Below, piece by piece: positions 52,741 through 61,286 of a stretch of DNA of 64,000 bases. Location: the NCBI GenBank assembly GCA_965116155.1, contig OZ220488.1, positions 450,420 through 514,419 of the forward strand, read 5' to 3'. Under the pieces are notes generated by a model that was not told the DNA's origin, made no database searches, and saw nothing but the letters and a program-made list of their open reading frames with translations. Numbering within the stretch: position 1 is the stretch's first letter; each line of letters starts with the position of its first letter. The stretch comes from Bdellovibrionales bacterium. Its GTDB lineage: Bacteria > Bdellovibrionota > Bdellovibrionia > Bdellovibrionales > UBA1609. Position numbers and translations under genes: made by a program.

Positions 52741-54471
52741 GTGCACCCCTTGGCTGGGGAACCTCAAAAAACTCTTGCCCAAATTAGCAAAGCGCCCCGC
52801 GACTGGGTTCAGGTTGTGCGCACAAAAGATCCTGCACAAGGAGAGCTCACTTGGCCTTTGTTTGTATGGGCCAAAACGCAAAAACAAAACCCCCAAAAAC
52901 TAGCAGAGGAATTTTGCCAAACACTAAACACCCTAAGGCCGCCATGGCTTAACCGGGCCCAAGCTCTAAGGGGGTATTTGAACCTTTACCTTAGCGACCA
53001 GCACCTTGGTGACCAGTTTTTTGCACATATCAGCACCCGGTGGTTTTGGCCCTTAGCACCCAAGCAGCGCGTAATGCCAGAAAAGCCTAACACAACAGTG
53101 GTGGTGGATTTTTCGTCGCCCAATGTGGCAAAGCCTATGCACTTGGGGCACTTGCGTGCAACCGTAGTGGGGCGCAGCATATGCGAGCTTGCACGCACCC
53201 AAGGCCACAAGGTGATTGGCCTTAACCACTTGGGCGATTGGGGCTCGCAGTTTGGCGCGCTTATATGCGCTTACAAAAAATGGCATAACGCATACTCTTT
53301 TGAGCGTGCCGACGCCTTTGAGTCGCTTTATGCTCTTTATGTGCGCTTTCATAAAGAGAGCACGCCGGAGCTTAAGGCACAAGGAGCGGCGGAGTTTAAA
53401 AAGCTCGAGCAAGGAGACGCGCAAAACACAAAACTCTGGCAAGAGTTTAAAAAACTCTCACTAAAAGAATATAACAAAATATGGCACCGTCTAGACGTTA
53501 AGCACGACCTGCTTTTGCCCGAGAGTTTTTATAACGACAAGCTCTTAGAGGTAAAAGAGCTTTTGCTAAAATATGATCTGTTAAAAAAAGACCAAGGCGC
53601 TCTAATTGTGGCGCTCCCTCCACCCTTGCCGCCGTGTTTAATTGCCAAAAGTGATGGAGCGTCGTTATACGCCACACGCGACATTGCCGCGGCTCTTTAT
53701 CGCATGCAAAAACTCAAAGCCACGCATAACTTTTATGTGGTGGGTAGCGAGCAGAAACTGCATTTTAAGCAGGTGTTCGGGGTTTTGGCACAGCTGCCAG
53801 CACAATTTCAACACTGCCAGCACAAGCATATTAGTTTTGGTAGGTATAGGTTTTTAGACTCTGGCATGAGCAGCCGCAAAGGGCAAATTGTACGCGCGGA
53901 GGATGTTTTACGCCAAGCCAAGGAGCGCGTGATTAAAATTATAAAAACCAAAAACCCCCATCTACCCAATTTGGACCAAACAGCCGAAACCATAGGCACG
54001 GGAGCCATTGTTTTTAATGATCTCAAAGTCGACTGCAAAAAAGACGTCGAATTTAGTTGGGAAAAAACCCTAAACACCAAAGGCAACTCTGGGCCCTATT
54101 TGCAGTATGTTGTCGTAAGGTGCATGGCGGTGCTAGAAAAATTGCGCACCATAAATTTTGCCCCAAAAGCAGGCCTGTGCATGGGTGCCCGCAAATGGCA
54201 TCCATGCGAGCGGGCTCTGTTGTTAGAGCTGCTGCAATTTAAGCACACCCTACACTTGGCAGCACAGCAGCAAGCACCTCATATTTTAGCTAGCTACCTG
54301 CTCGATCTGGCAGGGAAATTTAACAGCTTTTACTCCAGCTGCCCCATCGTGCCCGCATCATCACCTGCCTTGCCCGAGCACCACGTGCGGTATTTTTTAG
54401 TGCAAGAAACCCGCTACGCCCTAGTAGAGGGGCTAAGGATACTCGGCATCAGGTGCCCCGCTCGTATGTGA
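52741..54471 (+). CDS. argS: Arginine--tRNA ligase
   Basis: It has the class I HIGH region SSPNVAKPMHLGHLR, an MSSRKG (KMSKS-like) motif and a C-terminal anticodon-binding domain. The GTG at 52741 is preferred because the N-terminal Add-1-like region begins about there. The longest ORF starts at 52588 but encodes a low-complexity basic extension that overlaps the upstream ORF. Confidence 0.85.
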   Translation: MHPLAGEPQKTLAQISKAPRDWVQVVRTKDPAQGELTWPLFVWAKTQKQNPQKLAEEFCQTLNTLRPPWLNRAQALRGYLNLYLSDQHLGDQFFAHISTRWFWPLAPKQRVMPEKPNTTVVVDFSSPNVAKPMHLGHLRATVVGRSICELARTQGHKVIGLNHLGDWGSQFGALICAYKKWHNAYSFERADAFESLYALYVRFHKESTPELKAQGAAEFKKLEQGDAQNTKLWQEFKKLSLKEYNKIWHRLDVKHDLLLPESFYNDKLLEVKELLLKYDLLKKDQGALIVALPPPLPPCLIAKSDGASLYATRDIAAALYRMQKLKATHNFYVVGSEQKLHFKQVFGVLAQLPAQFQHCQHKHISFGRYRFLDSGMSSRKGQIVRAEDVLRQAKERVIKIIKTKNPHLPNLDQTAETIGTGAIVFNDLKVDCKKDVEFSWEKTLNTKGNSGPYLQYVVVRCMAVLEKLRTINFAPKAGLCMGARKWHPCERALLLELLQFKHTLHLAAQQQAPHILASYLLDLAGKFNSFYSSCPIVPASSPALPEHHVRYFLVQETRYALVEGLRILGIRCPARM

Positions 54472-54594
54472 GGGTTGTGCTGACACTTTTATATTTACAC
54501 ACTGTGTTATTGGAATAATTCTTTTCCCTCCCTGGTGTTTTGGTGCTTACAATTTTGGCAAGGTTTTTAACAAACACACAGGGGGTACATCATT

Positions 54595-56331
54595 ATGGGG
54601 TGTTTGCGTTTTTTAACAGTTTCGCTATTCGTTTTAGGCACGGCCACGGCATGGGGGGGAGACCGCCATCGCAAAACGGCGCTATTAAGCGCTGCTAAAA
54701 AGGGGGACAAGGCTCAGGTAGAGCATCTGCTTAACGAACATCAGGTGGATGTCAATATGAAGGGCCGCGTAGGCAATACGGCGCTTATACTGGCTGCCGA
54801 TAATGGCCACACAAATGTTGTGCGGTTTTTACTCAGCTACCCTGGAGTGGATGTTAATGCCACTAACAAATACGGGCAAAGCGCCCTGGTGCTGGCGACT
54901 AGAGACGCGCGCGTAGACATCATAGGGCTACTGATTAATAAGGGTGCCGATACAAATGTTTACACCCGAGACGGGTGGACGGCGCTTTTGGTCGCTGCCA
55001 ACCAGGGACGTGCTGACATTGCAAACACACTCTTGCGCCATGGGGCAGATGTTAACACCGCTACCAGCGAGGGGGGCACGGCTTTAACTTTGGCGGCTGA
55101 AAATGGCTTTGATAGCATTGTGGATTTGCTGCTTAAGGAACCCTCGCTTAACATAAACGCCACTACCACAGGCGGCTGGACGGCTCTCATGTACGCTGCT
55201 CGAAGAGGTTCCGATGGGGTTGTGGGTTTATTGCTTAACCAGACCCAGTTTGACCTAGATGTAAATGCCAGCAGTCGCCATGGCAATACGGCTTTAACTT
55301 TGGCGGCTCAAAAAGGACACGAAGGGGTTGTGTCTTTGCTAATAAACCAAACGCAGTTTCCGGTAGAGATTAATGCTACGGATAAAGACGGTGACACTGC
55401 GCTCATAATAGCCACCATTAAAGGCTTTGAGGGTATTGTTGCGGCCTTGCTAGAAACGCACGCAGCAGATGTAAATGCTAGTAATCGCAAAGGCAACACC
55501 GCACTTATAATAGCGGCTGAAAAAGGCTTTGAGGGTATTGTGTCGCTTTTGCTTTACGAGCCTGATTTAGAAGTTAATGCCACGGACAAGAATGGCACCA
55601 CGGCTCTTGTGTGGGCGGCTTTAAGAGGGCATGAGGGTATTTTGAAATTGATGTTAGACCACCCCGAAACTGACAGTAACTCTGCCAACAAATGGGGCAA
55701 TACGGCTTTGCACTTAGCGGCGCGCGAGGGCTTTGAGGGGGCGGTTGCGACCTTGTTGCATCACCCAGACCACCGCACCATAATAGACCCTAATGCGGCT
55801 GATGAGGATGGTGACACGCCTTTAGCTCTGGCCGCCTCAAAAAACCGCGCCGGTGTTGTGCGCATTCTGCTAGACAACCCCAGGGTGCTTATTAACACCG
55901 CTGACCAAAAAGGGCGCACGCCCCTCTATATGGCGGCTTGGAACAACAGCCTCAGTGTGGTGCCGCTCTTGCTAGAGCACTACGACACTGACGTCAACGC
56001 TGCTGGTGGCCCATCTGACCTTACACCCCTTGGCGTTGCAGCCTTGAATAACCATGCAGGTATTGTGGCTTTGCTGATGAAGCGCCGGGATTTAAATATT
56101 AATGCTACAGACAAAATGGGTGAGACAGCGCTTATAACTGCTGTCAAAAAAGGCCACATCAAAACGGTGCAAAAGTTGCTTTTGCACCCTGGAGTGGACC
56201 TGTATATAAAGAACTACAACGGGCATAATGCTTTTTATTACGCCCAAGGCTTAGAGGACGACACCATAGAGCAGGCTTTAAAACGTGAGTCTATTAAGCG
56301 CCGCAGGCGCGGAGGGTGCAGGCGCTGCTAG
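54595..56331 (+). CDS. Secreted ankyrin-repeat protein (about 16 ANK repeats) with a polybasic/Cys C-terminus
   Basis: It has the signal peptide MGCLRFLTVSLFVLGTATA-WGG. ANK units GNTALILAADNGH..VDVNA recur throughout. The protein ends ..KRESIKRRRRGGCRRC. Confidence 0.9.
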   Translation: MGCLRFLTVSLFVLGTATAWGGDRHRKTALLSAAKKGDKAQVEHLLNEHQVDVNMKGRVGNTALILAADNGHTNVVRFLLSYPGVDVNATNKYGQSALVLATRDARVDIIGLLINKGADTNVYTRDGWTALLVAANQGRADIANTLLRHGADVNTATSEGGTALTLAAENGFDSIVDLLLKEPSLNINATTTGGWTALMYAARRGSDGVVGLLLNQTQFDLDVNASSRHGNTALTLAAQKGHEGVVSLLINQTQFPVEINATDKDGDTALIIATIKGFEGIVAALLETHAADVNASNRKGNTALIIAAEKGFEGIVSLLLYEPDLEVNATDKNGTTALVWAALRGHEGILKLMLDHPETDSNSANKWGNTALHLAAREGFEGAVATLLHHPDHRTIIDPNAADEDGDTPLALAASKNRAGVVRILLDNPRVLINTADQKGRTPLYMAAWNNSLSVVPLLLEHYDTDVNAAGGPSDLTPLGVAALNNHAGIVALLMKRRDLNINATDKMGETALITAVKKGHIKTVQKLLLHPGVDLYIKNYNGHNAFYYAQGLEDDTIEQALKRESIKRRRRGGCRRC

Positions 56332-56370
56332 GGCGCTGCTCTATGTGTTAGGATAGGCTTTTCTAGATTA

Positions 56371-56407
56371 GCCGCAAGGTCTCCTTAGAGAGGCCTTGTG
56401 GCTTTTT
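56371..56407 (+). terminator. Intrinsic terminator downstream of ank3
   Basis: GCCGCAAGGTCTC (56371-83), loop CTTAGA, GAGGCCTTGTGGC (56390-56402). The stem has two G.U pairs on the plus-strand RNA and is followed by TTTTT (56403-07). Confidence 0.6.
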
Positions 56408-56428
56408 GGTATTTTAGGAGGTGGAGCA

Positions 56429-57583
56429 ATGACGGCACTGAAGTGGTTGTATTTAACTTTGGCTTTTGGTTTGAGCTTGGGGCAGGTGCTTAGGGCGGAG
56501 CTTACTTTGGGCACTTTTAATGCGGGTTTGGCGCACCATTTTGTGCCTTTGGCTACGGAGCGTTTGGAGCCTGTAACGCAGGCCATAGTGGAGAGTGAGT
56601 TTGATGTTTTGTGTTTGCAAGAGGTGTGGCGTGATGAGGACCGCGAGCACCTGCAAGCGGCTGTTCAGGATGTGTACCCGCATATGCTTTGGGCGCGCAC
56701 AGAGAACGAAAAAACCCCGCGCTGGCCGGCTTGCACTCCGCTGGATCTGTTTGGCAAGGGGTCGGTAGTGTCTTGCATGCAAAAGGCCTGTGCCGATGCT
56801 CCTGATGCTGAGGCCAAAAGCCAGTGCATTAAAGAGCGCTGCCGCCCTCAGTTTGATGCTTTGGCGCAAAAAAAGCCCCAGTGTGCGGCGGCTTTTTTTG
56901 CCCAAGTGGGCAAAAGCTCTATTAGGGCATTGGTGACCCTGCTGCTTACCAAGGCAGGCGTGTATGCTTACAAGGGGCGAAATGGCTTGCTGCTGCTTTC
57001 GAAAAAGCCTTTCGTACGAAATGGGCGCTTTACCAGCATGGTGTCTACCACTAACAGGCGCGCGGCACTGGGAGTGCAATTTGAGCACGCGGGGCAGTTG
57101 CATACGGCTCTTTGTACGCACTTAACGGCCAACTTGGAGGCGCATATACCTTACACAGGTCCATGGGCTGGAGAATGGGAAGAAGAAAACTACAAACAAA
57201 GCCGTAAAGTGTGGGGCTGGGCAGAACAAATGGGCGCCGAGCCTGGAGCGAATGACAAGGGGCCGATTTATATTATGGGGGATTTTAACTTTTCGCCCTC
57301 TTTGCCGAGCGCGGGTATTGCGGGGGATTTTGAGATGGCGCTCGAGTTTTTTTTAAGTAAGGGTTATGTGTCGCCCATTATCGATACAGCCCAGTGCACC
57401 TCTTGCGCGAGCAACCCTTTAAAAGCGAAGGGAGAGAAAAACACTTTGCTGGACCATGTTTTTGTTAAGCGCGCAAAGGTGAGGGAGGCTGAGATTGTGC
57501 TAGATCAAGAGATTCTAGTGGGTGATGGAATAAAAACGCGTCTCTCCGACCACTATGGCGTGAGAGTCGTTGTGGAGCACTAA
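56429..57583 (+). CDS. Secreted endonuclease/exonuclease/phosphatase (EEP) family phosphodiesterase, sphingomyelinase/nuclease-like
   Basis: The EEP motifs are VLCLQEVW, IMGDFNFS, LLDHVF and RLSDHYGV. The ATG at 56429 follows AGGAGG. The signal peptide is MTALKWLYLTLAFGLSLGQVLRA-E. A 6-Cys insert lies between the first two motifs. Confidence 0.8.
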   Translation: MTALKWLYLTLAFGLSLGQVLRAELTLGTFNAGLAHHFVPLATERLEPVTQAIVESEFDVLCLQEVWRDEDREHLQAAVQDVYPHMLWARTENEKTPRWPACTPLDLFGKGSVVSCMQKACADAPDAEAKSQCIKERCRPQFDALAQKKPQCAAAFFAQVGKSSIRALVTLLLTKAGVYAYKGRNGLLLLSKKPFVRNGRFTSMVSTTNRRAALGVQFEHAGQLHTALCTHLTANLEAHIPYTGPWAGEWEEENYKQSRKVWGWAEQMGAEPGANDKGPIYIMGDFNFSPSLPSAGIAGDFEMALEFFLSKGYVSPIIDTAQCTSCASNPLKAKGEKNTLLDHVFVKRAKVREAEIVLDQEILVGDGIKTRLSDHYGVRVVVEH

Positions 57584-57653
57584 TGGCCTAATGTCTAAAA
57601 ATAAGCGCTAGGCCCAGTATAGTAAGAGCCTGGGCCTTTGGTGGAGCCTTATA

Positions 57654-58688
57654 ATGGGGGAGATGGAAACCGCTAAGCACCCTCTCAGCAGCGCGCCGCC
57701 TAATATCAAACAACTGCCCGCACAGCCCAATATCCGGTGGCTTATAGAGCTACCTAAGGCCAAGGCACTAGATGCACTTTTAAAGCAAAATGACGACCTT
57801 TTTGCTAGGCTCAAAATATGCTTGCAGAGGGTGGATTTTTTAGAAAAATCCCTCCTGCAAACCAACGCTCAAAACACAAGCCTCAAACAAAACCAAAAAC
57901 TGCTAAACGCCAAATGGAAGCAATACTGTGAAAAAAAACTTACCGAAAACAAAGCACTACAAGCCGCACAAGAGCGTCAAATAGAGGCCTACATGGCGCA
58001 AAACACGCTGCTTGCTACGCGTGAGCAAAGTGCACACAAGCGTGCTGAGGATTTTGGCAAAAGCATGGCCAATATGGACAAGCAGCTGCAAATAGTCCGG
58101 CAAAAAAGCCAGCGCCTTGCAGTCGAGCGCGCAGAGTTGCAAAAATTCCTTGCGCAAAAGTCTCACTGGTTTAAAAGGTTCCGCAAGCGCTTAAGGGTAC
58201 TGGGTAAAAAGTTACTAACACTCAACAAGCAGCTTAATAGCGAAAACCAAGGCCTATTTGAAGAGCTTACAGTGCTTAGCAAACAAAAACACAAGATTGT
58301 GTCGGAGTGCAAAAAACAAAAAACACAAATCCAAAACCTAAAAAATACTTTAGCTAAAAAAGAGCATTCAGTGCATGTTTACGCGCAAAAATTTGCCAAG
58401 CAATCAGAGCTTATGCAAGATATAAAAGCCCAAAAAGAGTTAGGCCGATTAAAAGCCAAAGCCTATAGCAGAAAGGTTAAGCAAATTAAACACCTGGCTA
58501 CCCAAGAGGTTATGCACGCACAAAATGTGCTCATTTACGCCAATGCTAAAATCCAAATTTTAAAACATGCGTATAAAAAAGCCTGCTCCCAGCAAGGCGC
58601 AAAGGCCGATGAGACTCTCTTTAAAGACACCCAAATGAATCAAGCCCTAGAGCGTATTAAAGAAAAAGTTGCCCTATTAAAGGACTAG
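57654..58688 (+). CDS. K/Q-rich coiled-coil protein of unknown function
   Basis: 344-aa ORF dominated by heptad-like K/Q/L/E sequence. No signal peptide or enzymatic motif is evident. Confidence 0.55.
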   Translation: MGEMETAKHPLSSAPPNIKQLPAQPNIRWLIELPKAKALDALLKQNDDLFARLKICLQRVDFLEKSLLQTNAQNTSLKQNQKLLNAKWKQYCEKKLTENKALQAAQERQIEAYMAQNTLLATREQSAHKRAEDFGKSMANMDKQLQIVRQKSQRLAVERAELQKFLAQKSHWFKRFRKRLRVLGKKLLTLNKQLNSENQGLFEELTVLSKQKHKIVSECKKQKTQIQNLKNTLAKKEHSVHVYAQKFAKQSELMQDIKAQKELGRLKAKAYSRKVKQIKHLATQEVMHAQNVLIYANAKIQILKHAYKKACSQQGAKADETLFKDTQMNQALERIKEKVALLKD

Positions 58689-58978
58689 CAACAACTCACT
58701 CAATGCACGGGGCTTTGACGTCAGTGTGGCAAATGGAGTCACGTTTCATTCACTTGCTTTGAGCAAGACCAGGCACAGGCGACTTTGTTTTTCCTCAATC
58801 TAGAAAATTTTCACTTACAGGTACGCACTTAGACTCCATTTGCAGGGCCACAAATAGCTGTCTAGCGCGTAAAAACACTTTGAGTGAGAACCTCGCTTAC
58901 CTCAATCGGCATGCATTCTTACAGAATGCCTACCGAGAGGCTACGCTTTTAATCAAAGTGTTTTTACTGGCGCTTTTA
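58689..58978 (-). repeat. Full composite repeat in minus orientation, spanning from the ferredoxin stop to the coiled-coil gene stop
   Basis: Read on the minus strand, it begins AATTAAAAGCGCCAG, an A-like box that contains the ferredoxin stop. A 15-bp-stem long hairpin follows (58869-58883 / 58953-58967). Then come CTAGACAGCTA and an inserted hairpin bounded by GCAAATGGAGTC/GACTCCATTTGC. It ends with module C ..CCACACTGACGTCAAAGCCCCGTGCATTGAGTGAG, abutting the TAG at 58686-58688. Confidence 0.75.
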
Positions 58979-59209
58979 ATTGCCGTCATCTCCTATGGCT
59001 TCTACGGGGCAGCCCTCTAAGGCCTCTTGGCAGAGCTGCTCTTCGGCCTCGCTCTGGGGCTGGCGGATAACAAAAGCATGCCCGTCGTCTTCGTCCATGC
59101 CAAAGTTGTCCGGTGCGCACATAATGCACGCATCGCATGCAATGCAATCACGGTCCACATAGTACTTGCCTTTGACGTTTTCTTTGTATTTGTTGTTTTT
59201 ATCTGCCAC
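58976..59209 (-). CDS. Single-cluster [4Fe-4S]/[3Fe-4S] ferredoxin (Desulfovibrio FdI-like)
   Basis: KYYVDRDCIACDACIMCAPDNF..AFV..EEQLCQEALEGCPVEAI matches the short monocluster ferredoxin pattern. The GTG at 59209 gives 77 aa. The longer ORF extending to 59359 overlaps the upstream gene. Confidence 0.7.
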   Translation of the reverse strand: MADKNNKYKENVKGKYYVDRDCIACDACIMCAPDNFGMDEDDGHAFVIRQPQSEAEEQLCQEALEGCPVEAIGDDGN

Positions 59210-59213
59210 GTGT

Positions 59214-59876
59214 CTACAGTAGGCTCGCTCGCGGTACCCAGCCTTTTGCTCCCTTAAACTCCACCTGCACATAGAGAGGCGCGCTTTGAAGCATGCGCAA
59301 ACCAGGCGCCGCGCTTCTAACCACCACCCATGCCCCTTGCGGCAAACTAAACAGCACATTCCCCATGCTAGAGGGCTGAGACAGGGCGTTTAAATTTTCT
59401 GCCACAACGCTTTTATACATTTTGCGTGGCAGGCCAAAAAACTCCCTCCCCCGCCACCTCAGCCAACCCCAGCACAGGCCGAAAAAGTCGTAATACCCCC
59501 ATGCAGGACCAATGCCTTTTTGGTGCAGGTGCCGCAAGGCCGCACGCGTTTGCTTAAGCCATGGCGCCAATAGCGCACTGTGCCTTAAGTGAGCCAATGC
59601 ATGCCAGGGCTGCTCTGCGCGCGCGGCTATCACCCCCAAGTTATAAAAAACCCGCGCCCTTTGCCTATAAGACACTTGTGGTAGGAGTTTTTTAAAAAGC
59701 GCCATTGCCTGCTGGGCTTCTTTTGCCTCGTACAACTGCAAGGCCTTTGCAAAATCCGCCGCAAAATCGGCGCCTAAAGAGCGGGGGCGCATGACGCGAG
59801 ACGGAGTTTCTGCTAAAACTAGCAAAGGCAGCAATAAAATAAAAACCCCATACAGGCAGGTTGTTTTATGTCCCAC
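59214..59876 (-). CDS. Exported TPR-like plus C-terminal SH3b-like protein (BatE-like architecture)
   Basis: With the GTG at 59876 the N-terminus is a signal peptide (HKTTCLYGVFILLLPLLVLA-ETP). A TPR-like helical region follows (AKALQLYEAKEAQQAMALFKKLL..VFYNLGVIA), then the SH3b-like end (GAWVVVRS..VQVEFKGAKGWVPRASLL). The start is uncertain (longest ORF reaches 60086). Confidence 0.5.
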   Translation of the reverse strand: MGHKTTCLYGVFILLLPLLVLAETPSRVMRPRSLGADFAADFAKALQLYEAKEAQQAMALFKKLLPQVSYRQRARVFYNLGVIAARAEQPWHALAHLRHSALLAPWLKQTRAALRHLHQKGIGPAWGYYDFFGLCWGWLRWRGREFFGLPRKMYKSVVAENLNALSQPSSMGNVLFSLPQGAWVVVRSAAPGLRMLQSAPLYVQVEFKGAKGWVPRASLL

Positions 59877-61271
59877 CCCTCCAACATAACACAAAACGTA
59901 GCACAAAGTTTGCGCCAAAATCCCCGTGTGCGCGCGCTGGTGCAAGAGTTCAACCAAATAGTAAGGGAGCATGCAGAAAAAATCACCCGCACCTCCCCTC
60001 CTGAACAGGAAGATCTTATTAAGCAAAACGCGCATCTTGTGGAGCAGATTGCCCAGGCCCGTGGCAGGGGCATGCTGTACCCCCACGTGGCCTCGGGTTT
60101 GGGCAATGGGCCGTATATGGAGTTTTGCGATGGCAGCGTTGTGTTGGATTTTGTCAGCGCCATAGGGGTTAATATTTTAGGGCACAACCACCCCGCTATT
60201 AACGCGGCCCTTATAAATGCCGCTTTGGGTGATGTGGTTATGCAGGGCAACTTGCAGCTTAATACCGAGTATGCAGAGCTTTCGCATAAAATGAGCCAGC
60301 TGGCCCAAAAAAACAGCCGCCTTAAGCACTGCTGGATTTCGCCATCGGGTTCTATGTCTAACGAAAATGCTTTAAAAATGTTGCGCCAAAAAAACACCCC
60401 CAAGCGCAAAATTGTGGCCATGTGCGGAGCTTTCGCTGGGCGCACCACCATGATGGCGGCCATTACAGACAACCCCTCGTACAAAATTGGCCTGCCCACC
60501 CACTATGAGGAGGATATTTTGCGCGTGCAGTTCCCTCACACGGCCGCAGATGCCACGCTCAGCCTCAAGCAGCTGCGCGCTCACATCAGCGAGCATGGGG
60601 ATGATATTGCAGCTTTTACTTTTGAGCCCGTGTTGGGTGAGGGAGGTTTTTGGACCACAAGCAAAGAGCATATTGAGCCTTTGTTGCAGCTCTGCAAAAA
60701 GCACGGCATCGGCGTGTGGTTGGATGAGGTGCAGACTTTTGCACGCACGGGTGAGCTGTTTGCTTTTGAATCTTTAGGCATTGGCGAGTATGTGGACGTG
60801 TGCACAGTGGGCAAGGCTTTGCAAAATTGCGCCACTTTGTTTACGCCTGAATACGCACCCGGGCCAGGCCTTGTAGCAGGGACTTTTGCGAGTTCCACAG
60901 GGGCTTTGGCTGCAGGTGTGGCCGTGCTGGATGAGCTCACAACTAAAAATTACCTCGGGCCCGGGGGCCGCATTAAGCAAATAGAAAAGCTCTTTACCCA
61001 AGGCATTGCGGACCTCACGCGCTCAACGGGGCTAATATCCCACCATACCAAGGCGGGGTTGATGCATGCGTTTCAGGTAGGCATGGGTGATGCAGAGTCG
61101 AGCCTAAAACTGGTGCAGCTGCTGTTTAAAAATGGTCTCCTGGTATACCGCTGTGGCAGGGGGCCTTTTAGGTTGCGCATTTTAGTGCCCGCTGTGGCGA
61201 CAGATGCTCACATAAACGAAGCTTTGGGAATTCTAGAGCAAGCCCTCCTAGAGCTCAAGCCGAGCGTGTGA
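59868..61271 (+). CDS. Class-III PLP-dependent aminotransferase (AstC/ArgD-like, first gene of the AST-type cluster)
   Basis: Its motifs are GVNILGHNHP, DEVQTFARTGELFAFE and ..CTVGKAL.. (a PLP-Lys candidate). It is followed by astA and astD homologues. Confidence 0.7.
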   Translation: MSHPSNITQNVAQSLRQNPRVRALVQEFNQIVREHAEKITRTSPPEQEDLIKQNAHLVEQIAQARGRGMLYPHVASGLGNGPYMEFCDGSVVLDFVSAIGVNILGHNHPAINAALINAALGDVVMQGNLQLNTEYAELSHKMSQLAQKNSRLKHCWISPSGSMSNENALKMLRQKNTPKRKIVAMCGAFAGRTTMMAAITDNPSYKIGLPTHYEEDILRVQFPHTAADATLSLKQLRAHISEHGDDIAAFTFEPVLGEGGFWTTSKEHIEPLLQLCKKHGIGVWLDEVQTFARTGELFAFESLGIGEYVDVCTVGKALQNCATLFTPEYAPGPGLVAGTFASSTGALAAGVAVLDELTTKNYLGPGGRIKQIEKLFTQGIADLTRSTGLISHHTKAGLMHAFQVGMGDAESSLKLVQLLFKNGLLVYRCGRGPFRLRILVPAVATDAHINEALGILEQALLELKPSV

Positions 61272-61286
61272 GTTTAGTAGCAAGGC

